This document shows, in pieces, positions 36,467 to 47,308 of a stretch of DNA of 64,000 bases. How positions within the stretch are numbered: position 1 is the first letter of the stretch; every line of letters begins with the position of its first letter. A model generated the notes under the pieces. The model did not search any database and was not told the origin of the DNA. It was given only the letters and a program-made list of their open reading frames with translations. Position numbers and translations under genes: made by a program. The stretch comes from an uncultured virus (IMG/VR IMGVR_UViG_3300050821_006652) (Duplodnaviria; Heunggongvirae; Uroviricota; Caudoviricetes), in the IMG/VR virus record IMGVR_UViG_3300050821_006652; one strand, 5' to 3'.

Positions 36467-38173
36467 TCAACCATAAATCGAACCAGTCATGTACGTCGCC
36501 TTCGGATCAGCCGCGCCGCCGCTCGGGTCATATCGTTGGAGAGTGGCGTAAAAGGTTATGGTCCCCGCGATGGTGCCAGTGGCCAGCATGTACAGTGTAT
36601 GCAGCCCGTCCGTGGTGAACGCGCCGTTGTCGGCAACGGCAGCGGCCAAGAGTCCGTTAACCGTACTGTTGACGCCCTCCTGAGCCGCGCCAGTCGTTCT
36701 ATCAATCCCGATGCCCCAGCGTATCTGGTTGCCAGCCCCTGGGAAGCCGTTGACGGTGAACGATGCTTCCCAGCGCCGTCCCAAGATGCTCACGAACTGG
36801 AAGGTGTCGCCCGTTCCGGCGTTCAACTTCACGAAAGCGCCGTTGCTGTTGAGGTTGTAGCTCGTCACCGTGTTCGTGTTGACGTAGTTCGGGATGAGGC
36901 TGATGGACCGCTCGACGGCGTTGCACACGTTCACTACGCACCGATTCGCGGCCGAATCCTCAAGCTGATTCGTGCCCGTGGCGTACACCGTGCCGAGCCA
37001 GCGAGCGCCCTGCGTGCTGTTGACGGAAATTGTTCCGGTGATTACGTCCGTGAACGTGCTGCCGTTCAGTTGGAGCGACGTGATATTTCCCGTCGCCGCT
37101 CTGGTAGTTGAGTTCGTCCACGCCGGGCCGAAAACAATCGTAAGGGTGCCCGCGTTATCGAACAGGAACACATCGTAAAGTTTGCCGCTGACCACGTTGG
37201 CCAAGGCGACTGACAACTGTGAAGTGCTTCGCACGCCGAATACATTCGTGCCGGCAGTTGGAACGGAGATGAATCCGCCCCCGGTTCCACCTGTTAGATA
37301 AAGCGTTCCCTTGGCGGTCTGGTCAGCGCTGCTGATCCAGTTGGCGCTGTCCAGGCCGATGCGGAAATCGTTCAGTGACGAAAGCGGCGTGGTGATTACC
37401 GGGGTGCCGGTCGGATTCGCAATCGACAACATCGGGCTTGTCGTCGATATGCTCGTCACGGTCCCCGCCGCCGCCTGAGTAGTGTCCTGATTGACCGTCA
37501 TCTGGTTCAGCGTAATGGTGTTGGAGGCACTTGCGGCGGACCAGGTCACGGTCGCTGTTACGCTATGCGACACTGTGCCATCAACATTAACTGGAGAAGA
37601 AGCATTTATCATGCCAACGCCCAGCTCGGCACTGGCCGCAGAAGCTATGAAAGCATTCCCGATGACCTGCATAGTACCACCAGCAAGAGACCCATTCACG
37701 ATAAAAGTTCCAACAGCTTCCCAATAATCGTTTGTCACGTTAGCCACGGTCACTGCTGGCGTGGCGACCATAACCGTGCTGTCAAGTTTGATCTTTATCG
37801 TGAGGGTCGGCACCACAGCTCCGGCGCTGTAGATACCTTTCAGCCTCACGGTAAATACGTCGCCAGTGTGGTAGCTGTTGGCAGCGATGGTGTATGACGA
37901 CGCAAACGCGGTTTCCGCAGCAGTGTTGGCTATCGTATTTCCTGCGGGGATCGTCGTGTTGGCGTAGAGGAGCGAGCCACCGCCGTTGAGAGTCTGAAAG
38001 GTATCGTCGCTGCGGTAGAACTTGTTGATGCCAGTGACACCGACACGGCCTATGTACCCCGGCCCATCATAGGCTGCTCCTGCCCGTGGCCCAAATATCT
38101 TCCCGGCCAGGTAGGATTGCGAGTCGCTGATACCGAGCGGATTTGGCAACAAAGTATGGAGAACATGGTTCAT
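36467..38173 (-). CDS. tail fiber / virion structural protein
   Basis: Thr/Ala/Gly-rich beta composition, YDVFLFDNAGTL..AWTNSTTRAT motif. Confidence 0.7.
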   Translation of the reverse strand: MNHVLHTLLPNPLGISDSQSYLAGKIFGPRAGAAYDGPGYIGRVGVTGINKFYRSDDTFQTLNGGGSLLYANTTIPAGNTIANTAAETAFASSYTIAANSYHTGDVFTVRLKGIYSAGAVVPTLTIKIKLDSTVMVATPAVTVANVTNDYWEAVGTFIVNGSLAGGTMQVIGNAFIASAASAELGVGMINASSPVNVDGTVSHSVTATVTWSAASASNTITLNQMTVNQDTTQAAAGTVTSISTTSPMLSIANPTGTPVITTPLSSLNDFRIGLDSANWISSADQTAKGTLYLTGGTGGGFISVPTAGTNVFGVRSTSQLSVALANVVSGKLYDVFLFDNAGTLTIVFGPAWTNSTTRAATGNITSLQLNGSTFTDVITGTISVNSTQGARWLGTVYATGTNQLEDSAANRCVVNVCNAVERSISLIPNYVNTNTVTSYNLNSNGAFVKLNAGTGDTFQFVSILGRRWEASFTVNGFPGAGNQIRWGIGIDRTTGAAQEGVNSTVNGLLAAAVADNGAFTTDGLHTLYMLATGTIAGTITFYATLQRYDPSGGAADPKATYMTGSIYG

Positions 38174-38457
38174 CGTGCGACCTTTTCCAAGGCCGTCATC
38201 AGCGCCAGATTGTCCGGCGCAAGGGCCTTGACCTGGCTGACCACGTTAGGGTGAACAAGCCCACCGATCAGTATTTTCATGCCCTCTGGATCAAGAAAAA
38301 GCTCCACGGAGTTTCCTGGCCCAGCCCCGCGATGATCGTGAAGCGTGACCTGGAAACCGTGTTCATGCCGAATGAAAGAGACGCGACGGACGGCCAGCGG
38401 CGGCAACCGCGTCACTTCAACAGCCGTGGCCAGATCGTAATGCGTTTCGATGTTCAT
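38170..38457 (-). CDS. hypothetical protein
   Basis: ATGA coupling at both ends. Confidence 0.6.
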   Translation of the reverse strand: MNIETHYDLATAVEVTRLPPLAVRRVSFIRHEHGFQVTLHDHRGAGPGNSVELFLDPEGMKILIGGLVHPNVVSQVKALAPDNLALMTALEKVAR

Positions 38458-38957
38458 TGCGCAATGTCCTTCTGAATGAACATGGCGGCGAGCTTGTCTT
38501 GTTCTTCGGGTGTGATTTCTACTTTCTCCGGGAACGGATTTTTGCCAGGGGGAACAACTTGCGAAGCGGCTTGCTTGGCCAGACGTTCCGCCTGAGCAAT
38601 CGCTTCCGCTTCAAGCCGTTTCCGCTCGGTTTCCGCTCTTGCTTCCTCTTCCGCCTTTCGCGCCGCATGGCGAGCATCAGCCTCTTCCTTGGTGATCGTC
38701 TCAAGGAAAATCCGCCGCGTCGGATCAAGGCGCAGTCCGGCACCGCAATGCAAACAGCAAAACCACATCGACCCATCCGGCATATCAACAATGCGGGTGT
38801 TGTCGATAGGCACGTCTTTGCGGTTTTGCCGGTGGATCGGGTCCGGGTGATCGTCCATTGTCGGCTTGCCGCACTTGGGGCACGGGCGGAACCGCTCCAC
38901 ATAGACGCGCAGTTTTTCCTTCTGCCCGTCATCGGATGTTTTAACTTCCTCAGACAT
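38454..38957 (-). CDS. Zn-ribbon plus coiled-coil hypothetical protein
   Basis: CPKCG...CLHCG. Confidence 0.6.
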   Translation of the reverse strand: MSEEVKTSDDGQKEKLRVYVERFRPCPKCGKPTMDDHPDPIHRQNRKDVPIDNTRIVDMPDGSMWFCCLHCGAGLRLDPTRRIFLETITKEEADARHAARKAEEEARAETERKRLEAEAIAQAERLAKQAASQVVPPGKNPFPEKVEITPEEQDKLAAMFIQKDIAQ

Positions 38958-38974
38958 TGATGTTTCCTTTCGCA

Positions 38975-39373
38975 TTAGGAGATACGGTTGACGTACCCGG
39001 TGCAGTTGATGATCGACGCCACAGAAGCAAACGCCTTCATGGCAAGACCGCCGTTCAATACTTGCCCGGTGACGATAGGGATAGCCGGTGAACTCAGGGG
39101 CAGACTGAGCGTATCGACCAAGTGATCGCCCACAGTTCCGGCGTTGCCATATTCGATTGTGAGGGTGCGGGCCACAGTATCGGTGTTGTTGAACCAAGCG
39201 TAAATTTCATCCCAGGACGCGGCCCCGGCAACGGCGGTGTGCATCGTGGTGCCAGCCGTGGCCGTGGCGACAACCGGGATGGGTCGCCCGCTGGTGGACC
39301 CGCTCAGAAGGACGCGGGTGTACGAGACAGACAGGACCAGGAAGAAGCCAACTACCAAGAAAAGAATCGTCAT
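38975..39373 (-). CDS. conserved small virion-type protein with hydrophobic N-terminal extension
   Basis: LLSGSTSGRPI.V.ATATAGTT.HTA...DEIY...N...LTIE.G...GYVNRIS. Confidence 0.65.
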   Translation of the reverse strand: MTILFLVVGFFLVLSVSYTRVLLSGSTSGRPIPVVATATAGTTMHTAVAGAASWDEIYAWFNNTDTVARTLTIEYGNAGTVGDHLVDTLSLPLSSPAIPIVTGQVLNGGLAMKAFASVASIINCTGYVNRIS

Positions 39374-39395
39374 GAGAACCTCCAAAGGGTTGAAT

Positions 39396-42026
39396 TTACC
39401 ATCCGAAGCCTTGGGCCGCAAGGATAACCGAGGCATCGACCTTGGGGAAAGTCACCGCTGCCGGTTGAATCGTTGTCGCTACTTGGCCCGCCGATGTCGT
39501 CACGTCTCCGGTGAGGGCCAGCAGAGAAATAACATTGCCCCCCGATATGCTTATGCTGGTTCCGTCGCCGGTGTAGGTAGAGCCGCCGCTGATCGCCACA
39601 AGGGTCACTTTCGTCACGCGCCCGTCATAGCCGACCGTGATCTGAGCGACGTGCGTTGAATCGCCATACTGCCCAGCCGCCACGCCTGACATTCCAAGGG
39701 CGCGGAGCGGATCGAGTGAGTTGCCCGCGATGTAGACCGAGGCATCGGTTTTCGGGAACGTAACGGCGGCCGCCGCGATGGTGGTTGGGAATGAGCCTGT
39801 CCCCGATCCCGTCACGTCAGAGGTTAGCGTGATGGTCTGGTCACCGGTATTTGTGCCGGACAGATTACTTCCGGTGACGGTGCCGGATGCCGCGACGGAA
39901 GAAGGGGTGATAGCGCCGAGCGTGAATGAGAGGGCGACGTAGGTGCCCTGGTTAGTCGCCGTCGCGCTGACGCCGTTGCCGGTCAGGACGGTCACGCTCA
40001 TCACGGTGCCATGAGGCGCGGTCAAAGAACGCGCGGCGATGAACGGGGACGCATCCATCTTGGGGAAGCTGATCGCGCCAGGTTGAACGGTGAGCGTGCC
40101 GCTGCTGTTGATGTTGCCGTCGCCCCCCATCGCCGTGCTGACCCACGCCGAGCCGCTGCCGATCAAGAGATTGCCGCTCGTCGCCGTGGTGGTGCCGAGC
40201 GTCACGCCATTGATCGCCGCCACGGTCGGGCCTGGATAGCTACCGCTCAAGTCGCCGCTGGCCGAGCCGGTGGGAGCGGCACCCGTGATCGCCACGCTGG
40301 TAACTTTCGTCACGCGCCCATCGTATCCTACGGTCACTTGCGCGACATGCGTGCCGTCGCCGTACTGCCCGGCAGCGGCACCGGACATTCCCAAAGCGCG
40401 AATGGGGTCGAACGAATTGCTGGCGAGTATCACGGACGAGTCGATCTTTGGAAACGTGACCGCCGCCGGCGCGATGGTGGGATTCGGGTAAGTCGAGCCG
40501 GTGAGGTCGCCGCCCGCCGAGCCGCTGGGCGTCGCTGTAAGAGCGTTGGCGGATATGCTTGATACCCGTCCATCGTAGCCGACCGTCACGGTCAAGCTGT
40601 GCGATGAGTCGCCATAAGTACCGGCGGCCACACCGGACATTCCCATGTTCGCGCGAAGCGGGTCGAATGAATTGGAAGCCAGGATGACCGACGCATCGAG
40701 TGAGGGAAAGCCCACAGTCGGCGTGCCGGAGAACAAGCCAAGGTTGACCAACCCGGTCCCGATGTCCCCGGTTTGCTGGACGACCGGCGAGGCTCCAAAA
40801 AAGCCCATAGCAGCCGTTGGCGTGCCACCGACCATGTTGACCTGGAGAACAATTCCCTGATAAAAACTGCCATTGTAACATGGAGACAATCTCACATAGC
40901 TTCGCGTAGCTCCCATAGTAGCATCGAGCCAACCGACCTGAATAAACCCCGCACTCACGACGGATCGGTTGTTGTCCATCAACGTGAAAAGCAGGTTGCT
41001 TCCAAAGCCAGCCGTTGGCGAGAGGCTGGAATAATGCCCGACTGTGAACACGGTAACGGTTGTTGCGGCGTTGGCATCGGTCAAAATCACGCTCTCGGCC
41101 TGCGGAATGGTGGGATTGAGCGAGAATACGGTGCCATCGCAATGAATGGCCTGCTCGTCGGCCCGGTAGATTCCCACGTTGCGCGGGTGAAACATCTGCT
41201 CCGCCAGGAGAGCGTCAGCGGACAGATAAGACCCGATAACCTTCCCCGCCCCAATCGTCGGGTTCGGGTAGCTACCAGTGAGGTCACCCCCTGCCGCCCC
41301 CGTAGGAGCAGCCCCCGTGATGGCGACGTTGGAAACAGCCGTCACTCTGCCGTCATAGCCCACCGTGACCTGCGCGACTTGCGTACCGCTGCCGTACTGC
41401 CCTGCCAACACCCCAGACATACCCAAGGCGCGGAGCGGATCGAGTGAGTTGCCCGCGATGTAGACCGAGGCATCGGTTTTCGGGAACGATACGACGCCAG
41501 GCTGGATTGTCGTGGCAACCTGTCCCGCTGTCGTTGTCACGTCGCCCGTCAAAGCCTTGAGGGAGAACACGCCGCCAGAGAGGTGCAAGCTGGTTTCGTC
41601 CGCCGTCTGCCCGGCCCCGGAAATAGCGACGAGGGAGACTGAGGACACACGCCCATCGTGGCCAACGGTGAACTGCGCGACATGCGTGGAATCGCCGTAG
41701 GTTCCTGCCCCTACTCCAGTCATGCCGAGTTCGGGCACGCGCAGAGCGAAGGCGTCAATGGCGATTTGGGCGTCGGCGGACAGGTTGCTGCCGGTGATCG
41801 AGGTTGTCCCTTGAAGGTTCCACACCGCCGCCCCGATGGTGGGGTCCGAGCAAATCCAGAACTTATTCGCTGACCAGTTGTACCACTTCGATCCGACATC
41901 GTAGCAGCCCGTCGAGGCGTCGTCCGTCACCGTGGGGTCAACGGCGGCGATGTTATCGCGCGGGGAGCGGAACGTATAGTCCACCCCGGCCACGGTGAGA
42001 ACCCAGCCTAGCGAATGAAACGCCAT
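39396..42026 (-). CDS. long repetitive tail fiber protein
   Basis: five modules of GMSGVxAGxYG...[21 protein letters not shown] repeats. Confidence 0.8.
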   Translation of the reverse strand: MAFHSLGWVLTVAGVDYTFRSPRDNIAAVDPTVTDDASTGCYDVGSKWYNWSANKFWICSDPTIGAAVWNLQGTTSITGSNLSADAQIAIDAFALRVPELGMTGVGAGTYGDSTHVAQFTVGHDGRVSSVSLVAISGAGQTADETSLHLSGGVFSLKALTGDVTTTAGQVATTIQPGVVSFPKTDASVYIAGNSLDPLRALGMSGVLAGQYGSGTQVAQVTVGYDGRVTAVSNVAITGAAPTGAAGGDLTGSYPNPTIGAGKVIGSYLSADALLAEQMFHPRNVGIYRADEQAIHCDGTVFSLNPTIPQAESVILTDANAATTVTVFTVGHYSSLSPTAGFGSNLLFTLMDNNRSVVSAGFIQVGWLDATMGATRSYVRLSPCYNGSFYQGIVLQVNMVGGTPTAAMGFFGASPVVQQTGDIGTGLVNLGLFSGTPTVGFPSLDASVILASNSFDPLRANMGMSGVAAGTYGDSSHSLTVTVGYDGRVSSISANALTATPSGSAGGDLTGSTYPNPTIAPAAVTFPKIDSSVILASNSFDPIRALGMSGAAAGQYGDGTHVAQVTVGYDGRVTKVTSVAITGAAPTGSASGDLSGSYPGPTVAAINGVTLGTTTATSGNLLIGSGSAWVSTAMGGDGNINSSGTLTVQPGAISFPKMDASPFIAARSLTAPHGTVMSVTVLTGNGVSATATNQGTYVALSFTLGAITPSSVAASGTVTGSNLSGTNTGDQTITLTSDVTGSGTGSFPTTIAAAAVTFPKTDASVYIAGNSLDPLRALGMSGVAAGQYGDSTHVAQITVGYDGRVTKVTLVAISGGSTYTGDGTSISISGGNVISLLALTGDVTTSAGQVATTIQPAAVTFPKVDASVILAAQGFGW
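39699..41488. repeat. 62-bp exact direct repeat inside the fiber gene (39699-39760 = 41427-41488)
   Basis: read directly. Confidence 0.85.
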
Positions 42027-42053
42027 TTTCGCCTACCTGTAAAAATTTACCGC

Positions 42054-42082
42054 TTGCTAACCATCGCCAGCGGGCGGACAAT
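42054..42082 (+). promoter_or_regulatory. promoter for the antisense-oriented moron gene
   Basis: TTGCTA-17 nt-GACAAT. Confidence 0.5.
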
Positions 42083-42120
42083 CGAAGTTACCTAGCACGT
42101 CACTCTTTGGAGAAACACCG

Positions 42121-42570
42121 ATGAAAGCCGCGTTACTACTGGCCACTCTCCCCATCGTCGGGATAGCCTTTGCCGTCACCCACTCTCCACGCCAGCCAGC
42201 CAAGCCAATCGCACAACACGTTCAGCACATTCAGCAACCCATCGTTGCCGCTCAACAGGCTCAAGTCCCGCCTCTCGGCCCACGCGCCATTTGGCCGAAG
42301 CCCCTGATGCAGCCAAACATCGGCGTAATGAGCATACTGGCCATGCAACACGATTGCGCGTCCTTTCAGGAGGCTATCGACTTGCTCGACCAGTGGCTCA
42401 TCGCCCATTTCCTCCCGCGAATCACCCAAGCAGAAGTTGACAACCTCGCCCAAATCGTCGCCAATGACCGCCAGTGTCATATGTCTTGGTTCATGCCAGT
42501 TGCTCAAGGCAAAGCCGTGATTGCCTACAGCACGAGCGGAGTAGAACTCCCTAGGCGAGTCGCCCCCTAG
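42121..42570 (+). CDS. secreted hypothetical protein (moron inserted against the tail operon)
   Basis: signal peptide, GGAG RBS, own promoter. Confidence 0.65.
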   Translation: MKAALLLATLPIVGIAFAVTHSPRQPAKPIAQHVQHIQQPIVAAQQAQVPPLGPRAIWPKPLMQPNIGVMSILAMQHDCASFQEAIDLLDQWLIAHFLPRITQAEVDNLAQIVANDRQCHMSWFMPVAQGKAVIAYSTSGVELPRRVAP

Positions 42571-44735
42571 TCCACCAGCACAAACGGCCCGGTTACGCGC
42601 GTTCCGCTGGCCACGGTTGGCACCGTCGTTTCTTGCGAGAACAAATACCCGTTCGCATCAATACCACTTATCGCCGTTCCGCTTCCCGCCTTGAGTAATG
42701 GTGCGGCCTGCCCCGCGAACGGCGTTAGCAAGAGAGGCGTATTTGCAGCGCCCGAGGCCGTGATCGTCACTTGCCCTGTTAGCGACGGAGCAATGGCGTG
42801 GACCGTGGCCCCGGTGCCGGTGGTGGTGCCGAAGGCAGTGACGATGCCGCCACAAAAGGTATCGCCAGCCCCGCCAGTTCCCCAGAGACCTCTCTTGTAC
42901 GAAAGGTCGTTGGCGCGAACCACAAATGACATCACCGGGTATGGGCCTATCCCCCAGAGAGCGTCATCGAATTCAAGCACTCCCCAGCCGACTAGACCAA
43001 TAGGAGTCGCAATCGAAACGCCAAGGATGGAAGCTCCAGCCTGCATTGCCATCTGAGAATATTTAGTTACATCTTCAACTGTTCCAACATAGGCAGAATG
43101 GTTGCCAACTCGGTAGTTGAAGAACCCAATCCCAGAAGCAATAACTCCCGTCAAAAGGTCAGAACCAGAAGCCGCCCTGATCACTAGGTTTCGATAAAGG
43201 TACTGAGGATTTAATGATGGGTCGATCAGTCCGCGAACAAGGTCGCTCGCGCTGGGCCAGTGAAACGTAACGGTATCGCCAGCAATGGAAATAGTAAAAT
43301 CGCTTCCTGCTCCATCCCAGGCTAAGAACACGTCGCTATCGGCAATCGTGACGCCGTCAATGGTTATTCCAGTCACGCCTTCATTCGTAATCGTGATGAC
43401 ATTCCCCGCCCCCGCCGTGGAAATGCCGGTGCCGCCAGTGAGCGTAATCCCCGGCCCCGTCTGCGGTGGGCCGCTGTCGCCGGTGATGGAGGTGATGGCG
43501 GGAAGCCCGGTGAAGAGGTTCACCACGCTGTAATCGACCGCCCCATCCGTCCCGTGCACCCCGATCCGCTCAACCTGATCGTTCCACGGCCCCCGGCTGA
43601 CATGCGTGGACAACTCCCCCACCGACCACACCCACGAAACATCGTGCAACCCCTCCGGCACCCAAGGAACCACGGCGGCAAACTTCACATCGAGCTTGCC
43701 GAGCTGCCACCTGTACCAGTCCGTCGCCAGTTGTGCGGTCAACGCCGTCAGTTCCGCGTCGTTTGTCGGGGAACCGCCCCCGGTCCATGCCGCTATCGTG
43801 TTCGAGTGGAAAACCTTGGCCCCGTTGTAGCCGGTCACCTGCCGGAATTCGGTCAAGGTAAGCGAGGTCAGGGAGACGGTGTACGGTGTAAAGTCCGTGC
43901 CCACCACGCCGCTATCTGAACGCGGGTAGGTCGCCGTCACGTTGGCCGGGACGAGGGCCCGCAAATCGCTCGGCTGCACCAGAGGGTCAAGGGCGAACTG
44001 TCCCCCGGCCTGTTGCCGGTAGTTCACCGCGAACTGCTTCTTGGCGTTTGCCGCCGCCGTGGTAGCATTTTGGGCCAGCACCTTGCCGTCCAGCGTCCGC
44101 ACAATCCGCTGCCCGCAACTCATCGCCACGGCATCGAGCAGTACAGGCAAGTATTCGTAGGACGCCGCGAAATCCGCCGAGGGCTTGAGGTAGGCCGCTG
44201 GTATCATGTCCACGGCTATCGTCACGCCGAGAGCCGCCCCGATGGAGGCATAGAGGTCAGTCCAGGCTGTTGTCCCGCCCGTGACCGCGATGTTCGCCGC
44301 CTGCATCCACCAGAAGTAGCGGTCATCCACCAGCGTCACCAAGGACAGATCGTTGAGGCCGGGAATCTGCACGATCGGACGCGGCGGAAGCATCCACATC
44401 TTCGCCGTGATTGAATTGGTTGTGTCGTTCAGCACCAGCGGGAGAGGCGTGTACTTCCCCTGTGAATACACCATAGGCCGAAGGATGCCGAGGTCGGTTG
44501 CATCGACCAGGAAGTGAAATGATGCCCATGCGGAGGCCCCACGCGGCCAGTGGAGGCGGTTCAGCCTTGGCCAGCACGGTTGCCGAGGCCGGAAGGCGCG
44601 GTGCGATGCCTCAAATTCGGGATATTGGGACCGCTCGAACTCGTAGAGGTCGATGAGTGGCATGGCCGCATCGACCGCCCACGCCACATCCGGCGTCGGG
44701 GTCATGATGAAACAGGGGCCATAGGTCATCGGCAT
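42567..44735 (-). CDS. tail tip/hub protein with fiber-like C-terminus
   Basis: position in the tail module, long ORF. Confidence 0.65.
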   Translation of the reverse strand: MPMTYGPCFIMTPTPDVAWAVDAAMPLIDLYEFERSQYPEFEASHRAFRPRQPCWPRLNRLHWPRGASAWASFHFLVDATDLGILRPMVYSQGKYTPLPLVLNDTTNSITAKMWMLPPRPIVQIPGLNDLSLVTLVDDRYFWWMQAANIAVTGGTTAWTDLYASIGAALGVTIAVDMIPAAYLKPSADFAASYEYLPVLLDAVAMSCGQRIVRTLDGKVLAQNATTAAANAKKQFAVNYRQQAGGQFALDPLVQPSDLRALVPANVTATYPRSDSGVVGTDFTPYTVSLTSLTLTEFRQVTGYNGAKVFHSNTIAAWTGGGSPTNDAELTALTAQLATDWYRWQLGKLDVKFAAVVPWVPEGLHDVSWVWSVGELSTHVSRGPWNDQVERIGVHGTDGAVDYSVVNLFTGLPAITSITGDSGPPQTGPGITLTGGTGISTAGAGNVITITNEGVTGITIDGVTIADSDVFLAWDGAGSDFTISIAGDTVTFHWPSASDLVRGLIDPSLNPQYLYRNLVIRAASGSDLLTGVIASGIGFFNYRVGNHSAYVGTVEDVTKYSQMAMQAGASILGVSIATPIGLVGWGVLEFDDALWGIGPYPVMSFVVRANDLSYKRGLWGTGGAGDTFCGGIVTAFGTTTGTGATVHAIAPSLTGQVTITASGAANTPLLLTPFAGQAAPLLKAGSGTAISGIDANGYLFSQETTVPTVASGTRVTGPFVLVD

Positions 44736-44745
44736 CCGTGCAACC

Positions 44746-45303
44746 TCAGTTCAGAATCCCCGTTGCCCCCGGATCAATCGGCGGCAGATAGTGCGCGTTG
44801 AACGCCAGCGACGAGTGCCCCCACCCCGCCCATACGTTCCCCACTTGCTTGCCAGCGGGTATGTCCTTGTCCGCCCCCTCCCCCTTCACCAGTTTCAGCC
44901 CCACCGTCGTCAGTTGGTTCTTGTCCCCATCCATCGGAAACCATTCGTGCAACCCGTTCGCTATCCCCTCTTCCAGAGCGAAGATCCCGGCGGGGTCGGT
45001 CAGCCACACCTCGTCGCGGTCGGTCTGGTCCCGCATCATGCGCACGCGCGGGAAGACGTAGACCGTGCGGATGAGTTGCGTGACGATTCGCCCGGCCACG
45101 AACTCTTCCGGGCCGATGGTGAAGCCCGAGGCCCGTACCAGCACGTCTCGCTCCGCCGTCAAGTTGGGGACAGTAGTGTTGCTCCTGCCGATGAGCTTCA
45201 CGGCGGTCAGGGGAATAGACGTGACCACGTTCAAGCGGGCCTTGATCGCCAGGAGGATAGCCGCGAAGCCTATCCGCAGCGGTTGATTGGGGGAAAGTGC
45301 CAT
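44746..45303 (-). CDS. putative tail completion/terminator-like protein
   Basis: size and position; composition. Confidence 0.45.
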   Translation of the reverse strand: MALSPNQPLRIGFAAILLAIKARLNVVTSIPLTAVKLIGRSNTTVPNLTAERDVLVRASGFTIGPEEFVAGRIVTQLIRTVYVFPRVRMMRDQTDRDEVWLTDPAGIFALEEGIANGLHEWFPMDGDKNQLTTVGLKLVKGEGADKDIPAGKQVGNVWAGWGHSSLAFNAHYLPPIDPGATGILN

Positions 45304-45363
45304 GAACCGATGTTACAAGAACAACGGCGGAAATGCAAGGCAATTTGCTACCAATTCGGTAGT

Positions 45364-46800
45364 TTATTGCACAAGCGCCTCATTTATCGTGTTTCCGGAC
45401 GCCGACGGAATTTGCAGGCCGAGTCCCCGCAAATTGAACACGAGATTCGACATCAAAGCGAAGATCGCCACCGTCGCCCAGTTGTTGGCCAGAACGATGG
45501 AGCAGGTGTCGCCGATGATCGCATCCACGGCCCCACGGAAGGCATCCAAGAACGGGCCACCGGGGTAGAACTGCGAAGCCTGTTTGATGGCGATTGCGTC
45601 GATGTACAGGTTGTGCGTGGCCGTGATTGCCGTCGTGAGAGAAACGCCGATCTTGACCGTGGCGGGCAGTACCGCAGGAGTGCGGAAGTAAAACGAGTGG
45701 AACGCCCAGGAAGCGGTTTCCGCCGTCACGTCCACGGTCCCGCTGTTCGGGGTTGCCGCCGCGTCGTTGATGACCGTGTTCGACCCGTCCAGCAAGGCAA
45801 CCCGCAAAGCACCAGCGGCGGGAGCGGAATTGACTTTCGTTCGCAAGGCCACGCAGTAAACGGTGTTCGGCGAGAGGATGGCCGCAGTACCGGCAGGCAG
45901 GTTGAACGTCTGCGCGATGCCGGTCAGCGTGGCCCCGTCGCCAAGGAACTCGACCACGTTGCCGCCGAAATATCCGCCGGTCGGCACCTTGAGGTCTGTG
46001 CCTACCACCGTGGCACCGAGGGCCAGCCAGTTATCCGGGAGGTTGGCCGTGTTCGCATCCGTGAAGTCCGCCGAGTTGGTGAGCAGATTGGCGGCGTTGC
46101 TCTGAGTCGGGTCCACGATGTTGAGGGAGTTGGCGACCCCGCTATAGAGCGTGCCAGCGGTCATGGCGGTGAAGTCCAGGGGATCGGTCGAGAGCGGCGC
46201 TGGCGCGACGACGCTGATTTGCTCGCTGCCCAAGACGCCGTTGTGTCCCGGCTGCGCGTCGGTCGTCACAGTGGCCGTCAGCGTTTCCGGGATGATGTAG
46301 TCGTTCTGCACGCCGTTGGCTCCAAGCACCGAGGCCGCGAGTGCCCAGGTGCCGGTATTCGAGCCGAGCGTCGGCGTGGCCGTGATCGTCGGCTTCTTGA
46401 TCGAGTCAACGGTGCCCTTCATCTCCGAGATGAGTTGCGCGAGCGCGGTTTGCAGTTGGTTGTTCGGTTGCGGCGTGTCGGTCTGGGCCATCGAGATGAT
46501 CGTGTTCTGGATCATCGTCTGGACAGCCTGATTCGACCCGCCAATGGCCGATTGCAGCGTCGATTGAAGGCCAGCCAAGCCGCCGTTTTGCTCGATGATC
46601 TGCGTATCGGTGGTGGTGAACTGGAGGCGGATGTCTTGGATCGCATCCTGAAGGCAGCGGATCTGCTGCGTGGTGCCGCCCCAGGATGAGCCGGGATTCG
46701 GCGCGGTCTTACCCCGTTGACCGTTCAAGGTGCGGATGAGCCGACACATTTCGCCCATGCGAGTCCAGAATCCTTGAGCGCCAGTCAGCGGAATCGCCAT
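45364..46800 (-). CDS. virion structural protein with carbohydrate-binding-like domain
   Basis: NLLTNSADF...PDNW...LYIDAI pattern. Confidence 0.6.
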   Translation of the reverse strand: MAIPLTGAQGFWTRMGEMCRLIRTLNGQRGKTAPNPGSSWGGTTQQIRCLQDAIQDIRLQFTTTDTQIIEQNGGLAGLQSTLQSAIGGSNQAVQTMIQNTIISMAQTDTPQPNNQLQTALAQLISEMKGTVDSIKKPTITATPTLGSNTGTWALAASVLGANGVQNDYIIPETLTATVTTDAQPGHNGVLGSEQISVVAPAPLSTDPLDFTAMTAGTLYSGVANSLNIVDPTQSNAANLLTNSADFTDANTANLPDNWLALGATVVGTDLKVPTGGYFGGNVVEFLGDGATLTGIAQTFNLPAGTAAILSPNTVYCVALRTKVNSAPAAGALRVALLDGSNTVINDAAATPNSGTVDVTAETASWAFHSFYFRTPAVLPATVKIGVSLTTAITATHNLYIDAIAIKQASQFYPGGPFLDAFRGAVDAIIGDTCSIVLANNWATVAIFALMSNLVFNLRGLGLQIPSASGNTINEALVQ

Positions 46801-46885
46801 GTTTCACCCCATCCAGAAACGTATTTCGTGCGCGAACAGTAACCCGAATGATACGAAAACGTGGAGGGGGAAGGCAAATGTCGGT

Positions 46886-47308
46886 CTATTTGTGGCGGGT
46901 CAAGGAAAGGTATTGATACTCGCGCGATTGTGTTTCCATCTTGTCCGGGCGTTTGCCGCGTGGCCCCACGCAAATCTTCAGCGTGTCGCCATCCAGTTCA
47001 TAAATAGCCATCCCCTTCTTTTCTTCCCTCTTGTCCACGGTCCCATTGGGGAGGATGCGGAACAGGTCAAGCCACCTTCTTTTCTGGTCAAGAGAAAACT
47101 CGCACCATTGTTCGATCAGGCCATCTTTCGTCCGCCTACTGATTCTACCGCCATTGATGATGAACTGCCCGCCGGAAGTTCCGGGGCTGCCGGCCTTGAC
47201 ATTCCAAGTCCCCTCCATCCACTTAAGGTCATCGCCACCCGGCGACGTGCCTGAGAAACCGGAGCAACCAGACAAGATCAGTGTGAATGCGAGTAGCGTT
47301 TTCATCAT
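46886..47308 (-). CDS. TIGR03067 (Planctomycetes) domain lipoprotein
   Basis: lipobox LSGC; EGTW...IYELDGDTLKIC...KRP. Confidence 0.75.
   Translation of the reverse strand: MMKTLLAFTLILSGCSGFSGTSPGGDDLKWMEGTWNVKAGSPGTSGGQFIINGGRISRRTKDGLIEQWCEFSLDQKRRWLDLFRILPNGTVDKREEKKGMAIYELDGDTLKICVGPRGKRPDKMETQSREYQYLSLTRHK

Noticed and set aside
39699..41488. DGR template/variable repeat pair
   Set aside because: Copies are identical with no adenine-specific mismatches, and no RT is present
44791..46689. 632-aa + strand ORF and similar long antisense ORFs (14174-15223, 25971-26903, 29358-30554, 57987-59132)
   Set aside because: Arg-rich shadow frames opposite well-supported genes in high-GC DNA
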